NCBI RefSeq assembly: GCF_006345805.1
Contig: NW_021836552.1
Span: forward strand, 1-24,580
Source of the DNA: Octopus sinensis
Taxonomy: Eukaryota
Length of the DNA: 24,580 bases
Direction: 5' to 3'
The translations under genes were made by a program, and so were the position numbers. This document shows, in pieces, positions 21,689 to 24,580 of this stretch. Below the pieces are notes generated by a model. That model saw only the letters and a program-made list of their open reading frames with translations, searched no databases and was not told where the DNA came from. Positions within the stretch are counted from its first letter, which is position 1; each line of letters starts with the position of its first letter.

Positions 21689-22089
21689 AATGGCTAATAT
21701 TTCCTTCAAACTTTGCCTTTGTTACATTTATTCAAACCCCAAAGAATCCCTCTCAACACATGGCTATGATGTTCCCCCACTATTCCTGATACACAAGATC
21801 AGAGATACACAATGTTTGCCACCAATGGACATTTTCAAGTGGTTATGGTCTAACAAGTGACCAGCAAATCTGTGGTATTGAGCAGAATATTTGCTATAAC
21901 GATATTTCTGCTTCAGCAACTCAGCGCCGAATCTGAAATGTAATGGAAAATAGGTCAGTTTGAAAACATTGATGTCCAGGTCACAAAATCAAAGTTTGAA
22001 GGGAAAACCAGTGAGTTCCTTTCATATCTAGATAGAAGCGAATAGGAAATAACACTTACTGACCAAAGACCAAAAAAAAAAAGTAAATA

Positions 22090-22236
22090 AGTCCCCGTCA
22101 CTTAGCGGTTCGGCAAGAGAGACCGATAGAATAAGTACTGGGCTTACAAAAAGAATAAGTCCCGGGGTCGAGTTGCTCGATTAAAGGCGGTGCCCAGCAT
22201 GGCCGCAGTTCAAATGGCTGAAACAAGTAAAAGAGA
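22090..22236 (+). mobile_element. SINE family B 3' fragment
   Basis: gtccccgtcacttagcggttcggc to gaaacaagtaaaagag, immediately upstream of the full copy. Confidence 0.88.
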
Positions 22237-22247
22237 AATGAAATAAA

Positions 22248-22425
22248 GGCGCAGGAGTGGCTGTGTGGTAAGTAAATTGCTTACAAACTACATTATTCCG
22301 GGTTCAGTCCCACTGCGTGGCACCTTGAGCAAGGGTCTTCTACTATAGCCTCAGGCCGACCAATGCCTTCTGAGTGGATTTGGTAGACGGAAACTGAAAG
22401 AAGCCCGTCGTATATATGTATATGG

Positions 22426-22494
<69 letters not shown>

Positions 22495-22680
22495 TTTGTG
22501 TGTCTGTATTTGTCCCCCCAACTTGACAACCGATGCCGGTGTGTTTAAGTCCCCGTAATTTAGCGGTTCAGCAAAAGAGACCGATAGAATAAGTCTTGGG
22601 GTCGATTTGCTCGACTAAAGGCGGTGCTCCAGCATGGCCGCAGTCAAGTGACAGAAACAAGTAAATGAGAAAAGAGAAAA
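22248..22680 (+). mobile_element. SINE family B, full length
   Basis: ggcgcaggagtggctgtgtgg head, CORE-like ccttgagcaagggtcttct, internal (TA)n(TG)n, purine-rich tail. Confidence 0.92.
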
Positions 22681-22854
22681 ATAGATAATAAAAATAAAAA
22701 CTTTGTTACAAAGTGCAATCAAAGGCAATGAAATCGTGACTTCAGGTCTCTTATAAAGAGATCTTTCTAACAATGCTAAGACCAAGGTGTCCTTATTTGG
22801 GGGTAGGTGGATGAATTGAAAATTAAAAGTAGTCCCAGATTCAATACCTTAAAA

Positions 22855-23073
22855 CAGTGCTTTTCAAACTTTTTGCTGGAGCGGAACCCCAAGGAAACAT
22901 TCCACTGGCTCGAGGAACCTCTGTGCAATAATTTAATAGTCTTATGCACGCATATCTGCACAGGAGAATTAAAAATTACCGCCGATTTTAGCAGTTTTGT
23001 AACTTCTTGCGGAACCCCTGGACTGTACTGGCGGAACCCTAAGGTTCTGCGGAACCCTGGTTGAAAACCACCG
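22855..23073. mobile_element. hAT-type MITE, copy 1 (219 bp)
   Basis: Ends cagtgcttttcaaac ... gttgaaaaccaccg with gcggaaccc subterminal repeats. Left flank ccttaaaa; right flank does not match. Confidence 0.8.
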
Positions 23074-23158
23074 TATTAATGTGTGTGTCTGTATGTCTTT
23101 GCATTGATTTAGATATTAGAATGTGTCTGTTTGTAGTCCCAGATTCAATACCTTAAAA

Positions 23159-23359
23159 CAGTGCTTTTCAAACTTTTTGCTGGAGCGGAACCCCAAGAAA
23201 ACATTCCACTGGCTCGAGGAACCCCTGTGCAATAATTTAATAGTCTTATACACACATATCTGCTCAGGAGAATTAAAAATTACTGCCGATTTTAGCAGAT
23301 TTGTAACTTCTTGCGGAACCCCTGGACTGTATTGGCGGAACCCTGGGTGAAAACCACTG
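23159..23359. mobile_element. hAT-type MITE, copy 2 (201 bp) with 8-bp TSD
   Basis: TIRs cagtgcttttca / tgaaaaccactg. ccttaaaa is duplicated at 23151-23158 and 23360-23367, and 8-bp TSDs are typical of hAT. Confidence 0.88.
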
Positions 23360-23382
23360 CCTTAAAACAATGGGATAGTCAA

Positions 23383-24135
23383 ATTTGAAACGTCTTTGAT
23401 GAGAGGTCTCCTTAAGAAACAACTGATGTGGGCAGAAAAGCAACTATGTGAGATTCGGCTGCAGTCTTGTCATATCTGGGACTCACAAGCGCAGCCTGAA
23501 CGACCGCTCCTCTATGTTTTGTGGTATCAAACGCCAATAACGTATGTTGAATCCGACTGTATTTGTCTTAATCTGAGACGCACAAGCTTAGCCTATGCTA
23601 TCGCTAATTTATATTTACTGGGACCAAACAAAACATTTGTAGGGTCCAACTGCACTCTTATCTGAGATGAACAAACGTAGTCGAAATTATTTCTTTACTG
23701 CCCACAAGGGGCTACATACAGAGGGGACAAACAAGGACAGACAAACGGATTAAGTCGATTATATCGACCACAGTGCGTAACTGGTACTTCTTTAATCGAC
23801 CCCGAGAGGATGAGAGGCAAAGTCGACCTCGGCGGAATTTGAACTCAGAACGTAACGGCAGACGAAATACCGCTAAGCATTTCGCCCCGCGTGCTAACGT
23901 TTCTGCCAGCTCGCAAACGTAGTCGAAACGACAGCTCGTCTCTGTTTAGTGGGATCAAAAAGCAACAACACATGTCGGGTCGAGCTGCCATCCTGTATTT
24001 GTCTGGGACGCACAAACATAGCCTATACGACTGCTCTTCTCTGTTTAGTTCGGCCAAGCAACAGCAACAATATATGTAGAGTCTAGTTGTACTCCCTGTC
24101 TTAACTTGGACACACAAATATAGTGTATACGACAA
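23383..24135. repeat. Decayed ~90-100 bp tandem array (about 6 units) interrupted by a SINE
   Basis: The motif atctg(g/a)gac.cacaa.c.tagcct..acgac.gctc..ctctgttt.gtgg.a.caaa starts at ~23383, 23474, 23571, 23660, 24001 and ~24104. Confidence 0.7.
23687..23913 (-). mobile_element. SINE family C monomer with 15-bp TSD
   Basis: caaacgtagtcgaaa at 23672-23686 and 23914-23928. Confidence 0.92.
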
Positions 24136-24170
24136 TACATTTCTAATTAGTGGTGCCTATATGGTCCAGA

Positions 24171-24477
24171 TGGAGGCGCAATGGCCCAGTGGTTAGGACA
24201 GCGGACTCGCAGTCGTAGGATCGCTGTTTCGATTCCTAGACCAGGCGTTGTGAGTGTTTATGGAGCGAAAACACCTAAAGCTCCACGAGGCTCCGGCTGG
24301 GGCAGGTGGCGATCCCTGCTGTACTTTTTCGCCACGACTCCCTCTCACTCTTTCTTCTGTTGGCCTGCTCGATTTGCCAGTGGGGTGGCGTCATTTGAAG
24401 GCTAAAACAATGCGAAGCGCATTATGACCAGCGATGTGTAACAACATCTGATAATCTGGTCGGTCACGGTGATCACG

Positions 24478-24482
<5 letters not shown>
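24171..24482 (+). mobile_element. SINE with family A head and body but a different 3' tail (A2)
   Basis: Matches family A to ...ctctcactct (~24350), then an unrelated tail ending in (cacggtgat)x2. Confidence 0.82.

Positions 24483-24569
<87 letters not shown>
24481..24569. repeat. (TA)n microsatellite
   Basis: Direct inspection. Confidence 0.95.
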
Positions 24570-24571
<2 letters not shown>

Positions 24572-24580
24572 TCTGCTCGC

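Noticed and set aside
21084-24135. CRISPR-like interpretation of the SINE trimer or the ~95-bp array
   Set aside because: Eukaryotic context, no identical short repeats with unique spacers, and no cas genes.

Overview
Eukaryotic, repeat-saturated intronic/intergenic DNA. The SINE families and very high microsatellite density point to an octopus (coleoid cephalopod) genome, which is my inference and not database-checked. There is no long credible ORF, and nearly all ORFs in the supplied track are microsatellite or SINE artefacts. The window holds about 20 copies or fragments of at least five tRNA-headed or related SINE families (labelled A-E here; several have 12-16 bp TSDs), an Hsmar1-like mariner 3' end, a duplicated hAT-type MITE with an 8-bp TSD, a ~1 kb duplicated Thr/His/Pro-like low-complexity block, a decayed ~95-bp tandem array, and a weak candidate first coding exon (minus strand, 4676-4860). 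The main unexplained structure is a set of five long inverted repeats (331-590, 10849-11140, 13293-13619, 13818-13913, 20262-20378). Four abut (TA)n tracts and four carry type I hammerhead-ribozyme-like motifs in the arrangement typical of Penelope-like element (PLE) inverted ends. One motif has a fully canonical core, and one shows an apparent C3-G8 to G3-C8 compensatory swap. A SINE trimer bounded by a single 12-bp TSD and a 122-bp locally templated insertion with a 13-bp duplication also stand out. Scattered 1-bp indels between repeat copies may be long-read errors. All structures were read by eye.
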